DNA from: a virus
IMG/VR virus record: IMGVR_UViG_3300013132_000047
Location: 4,181-68,180 of that record
Reading direction: 5' to 3' (one strand)
Length of the DNA stretch: 64,000 bases
Shown here: piece by piece, positions 61,736-64,000 of the stretch
Position numbering within the stretch: the stretch's first letter is position 1
Layout: each line of letters opens with the position of its first letter
Notes under the pieces: generated by a model
Seen by the model: only the letters and a program-made list of their open reading frames with translations
Told to the model about the DNA's origin: nothing
The model's database searches: none
Program-made: the position numbers and the translations under genes

Positions 61736-62622
61736 CGACTACTTATACACTTCAGCAACAAGAGTTGTTCATTTCTGCGGATCTAGAACAGGTTAAACCT
61801 GTTGAGATCGTAAGGTCTCAAATTTGGTGGAGCAAATTTTATTCGGTAAGAAGAAACTTAAAGATCACTGCGACCCCAGATGGTTTGCCTAGTGGTCACC
61901 CTATCACAGCGTTTGTTTCTAAGGAGATATCTAATCTCAATAAAGTTCAATCTGAAGACCTTAAAGATTTAGAGGTGCTTTATTTGGTCAGTACAGTTCC
62001 GGATGTTTGGCGTAGACTCCCTAGGGTTTACGAAAGTGTTTCTAATTATTATAGAATTCGTTTTTTACTACAAGAGCCATTAAGCGCCAATGAGTCAACA
62101 GAAGAATATTTTATATATTATTCAAATCCATTTCGTAAAACTGTTTACTCATTAGGGAACCCATATGTGTCTTCGTCTTCGGAGCTTGATTGGCCTCTTC
62201 AAATTGGCTTTTCTGATCAACTCATATCCTACACTAGACCTGGTGAGCACTGGGTTTTGGGCGAATCTTCAACGCAAGATGCTAGAGCGTCTTTTGAATT
62301 TTATGGGCCACAAGTTCAATTAATAATGGATAAGGGTCCAAATTTTGGTATTATTGAAGTACAGGTAGATTTACTCGATTGGGAAGAAATAGATTTATAT
62401 AACTCAACAGATTTGCAATCTCAAAGTATTTATGTAAAATCACAATTATCTGATGGTCCACATATTATTAGGGTTAAAGTAACCGGCAAGAAGAATCCGG
62501 CATCTTCGTCAAATAATGTTAAATTAAGGTCATTTAAATATAAAAAGCACAGTGTCGCAATCGACCTTGGCGAAGAGCAATACAACAAGTTTGGTTGGTC
62601 TGGTAGGATAGCCGGTATCTAA
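61732..62622 (+). CDS. tail/virion protein with a beta-sandwich domain
   Basis: F.G........GP..G...V.VD...L.DG.H.I.V.VTG.KN.ASS. Confidence 0.65.
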   Translation: MTTTYTLQQQELFISADLEQVKPVEIVRSQIWWSKFYSVRRNLKITATPDGLPSGHPITAFVSKEISNLNKVQSEDLKDLEVLYLVSTVPDVWRRLPRVYESVSNYYRIRFLLQEPLSANESTEEYFIYYSNPFRKTVYSLGNPYVSSSSELDWPLQIGFSDQLISYTRPGEHWVLGESSTQDARASFEFYGPQVQLIMDKGPNFGIIEVQVDLLDWEEIDLYNSTDLQSQSIYVKSQLSDGPHIIRVKVTGKKNPASSSNNVKLRSFKYKKHSVAIDLGEEQYNKFGWSGRIAGI

Positions 62623-62623
62623 T

Positions 62624-64000
62624 ATGGTAGATGATAATAATCTTATAGAAAATTTACCGAATGAAGAGCCTGGTTCGACGCCAAATAGTTTAAATCAGGT
62701 TCAGCAGACCCTTCCAAACTTGTTGCCAAATTCAAGGTACATTGTTCGTGTAAGGGCCATTAACAATTTTAACGTGGCATCCGAATGGTCTGATGCGGTA
62801 GAGTTTAAGACTCCCTTGAGTGCCCTTAAGCCTTCTAAGCCGCAAAATTTGCAGCCTGCTTTCTTTTCTTCTAGGGATTTAAAGCTCACTTGGGATCCGG
62901 TGTTAACTAATACGGATGGTTCACAACTCGCTGATTTTGATTATTTTGAATTAACACTGAGCGATAATGATGGCGCAGAGGTTTCTCTAACGACTAGGGA
63001 CACCACCTATCTCTTTACGTACGAGCAAAATCAACAGTATTTTGGGTTACCAAGCCCAATTGTATATGTAGAAATCGTGACGTATGCAAAATCGGGTGCT
63101 TTTTCGGATGCAACAACTCTTGAATGTGTTAACGATGAGCCGCAAACGCCCGTACAGGCTCCTATTTTAAGTATAAGCCAAGATAATTTTACCCTTAAGC
63201 TTGAGAATCAAGAAGGTGATTTTCTAAGGTATGAAATTAAATTTGTTGACAGACTTGCCAGTTCTGGTGGAGCAAGTGTATTTTCTGGTCAAGCTATTTT
63301 TAGTTCAACGGTCGATCAGGTAAATATATCTAAAGCGGAAATAAAAGCGGCGACTATTGGTGTGGCTAATGCGGGTGCTGAAGGTGTGCTTTACGTAAAC
63401 GATTCAAGATACCTATTCAGTTATAGAATTGTAGATAATTTCAATCAAACATCTGCATATTCTCCAACTTCAAGTGTTGCTGGAAGGGATCCGGTTTCTT
63501 TAGTTTTTACCCAGTCTAGTGGTGGCGGCCGATTCTACGGCGCATCTAGCTTAACGACCGGTAGTACCCCTAACGCCGGCTATGAAACAGATGCAAATTT
63601 TAAAACAGATTCAACCACAGTTAAAACAAATGCTTTATTAAGTGATTTATTAGATGTTCAAGCAAGATTTCCTGTCCAAGGTGATGCTATAGTTTGGAAT
63701 TCTTCGGTCGCAAAATGGGTTAATCAAGCAGTAAATACCATAACTGGACCAATAGGTCCAACTGGTTTGACTGGGGCAACTGGCCCCACAGGCGCTAAAG
63801 GCGTGTCTGCTGTGGCATCTTCGACTCCACCAGCAAGTCCTGCGGTTGGCGATGTCTGGTTTGACACCGATACTGCTCAAGCTTTCTTTTTCTATAATGA
63901 CGGAACGTCTTCCCAGTGGGTTGAGATTTCCGGTGCTGCTGGTCCTACTGGACCTACTGGACCCCAGGGTAACCAGGGTTTCCAGGGTTTCACTGGCCCC
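62624..64000 (+). CDS. tail fiber-like protein with FN3 domains and collagen-like repeats; runs off the window edge
   Basis: Not in track. LLPNSRYIVRVRAIN...SEWS (FN3); GPIGPTGLTGATGPTGAKG repeats near the window end. Confidence 0.8.
   Translation, partial: MVDDNNLIENLPNEEPGSTPNSLNQVQQTLPNLLPNSRYIVRVRAINNFNVASEWSDAVEFKTPLSALKPSKPQNLQPAFFSSRDLKLTWDPVLTNTDGSQLADFDYFELTLSDNDGAEVSLTTRDTTYLFTYEQNQQYFGLPSPIVYVEIVTYAKSGAFSDATTLECVNDEPQTPVQAPILSISQDNFTLKLENQEGDFLRYEIKFVDRLASSGGASVFSGQAIFSSTVDQVNISKAEIKAATIGVANAGAEGVLYVNDSRYLFSYRIVDNFNQTSAYSPTSSVAGRDPVSLVFTQSSGGGRFYGASSLTTGSTPNAGYETDANFKTDSTTVKTNALLSDLLDVQARFPVQGDAIVWNSSVAKWVNQAVNTITGPIGPTGLTGATGPTGAKGVSAVASSTPPASPAVGDVWFDTDTAQAFFFYNDGTSSQWVEISGAAGPTGPTGPQGNQGFQGFTGP

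Noticed and set aside
63740-64000. 9-bp periodic GGNCCNACN repeats at the window end
   Set aside because: Explained by collagen-like Gly-X-Y coding in the tail fiber gene.

Overview
This window is part of a large dsDNA phage genome, most likely infecting Actinobacteria (two WhiB genes, an Rpf transglycosylase, an MSMEG_6728-like protein, an actinobacterial-type tmRNA 5' end). It has three zones. (1) 1-38.8 kb is a minus-strand early/middle arm. GC is visibly high at about 30-38.8 kb and falls to AT-rich below about 16 kb. It carries a divergent single-subunit two-barrel RNA polymerase (YonO/QDE-1-like), SSB, SLOG, a 2OG-Fe oxygenase, two mini site-2 proteases, tRNAs, a tmRNA with an atypical tag, and parts of a ubiquitin-like system (Ubl, two E2-like proteins, a JAB peptidase). 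(2) An abrupt GC-to-AT junction at about 38.82 kb (candidate genome end or terminal-repeat edge) is followed by minus-strand def, sugar-modification genes and recA. (3) From 47.3 kb a plus-strand late arm encodes a Clp-type ATPase, putative ejection/internal virion proteins (one with a DEDDh exonuclease), the terminase large subunit and tail genes. The most striking unexplained signal is a set of repeated structured intergenic modules around the RNAP gene: armless tRNA-like minihelices fused to pseudoknots, Shine-Dalgarno-occluding hairpins and duplicated hairpin motifs. Elsewhere in the arm there is a rearranged-cloverleaf tRNA with a UAU anticodon. All protein calls come from motif recognition by eye; no database searches were run.
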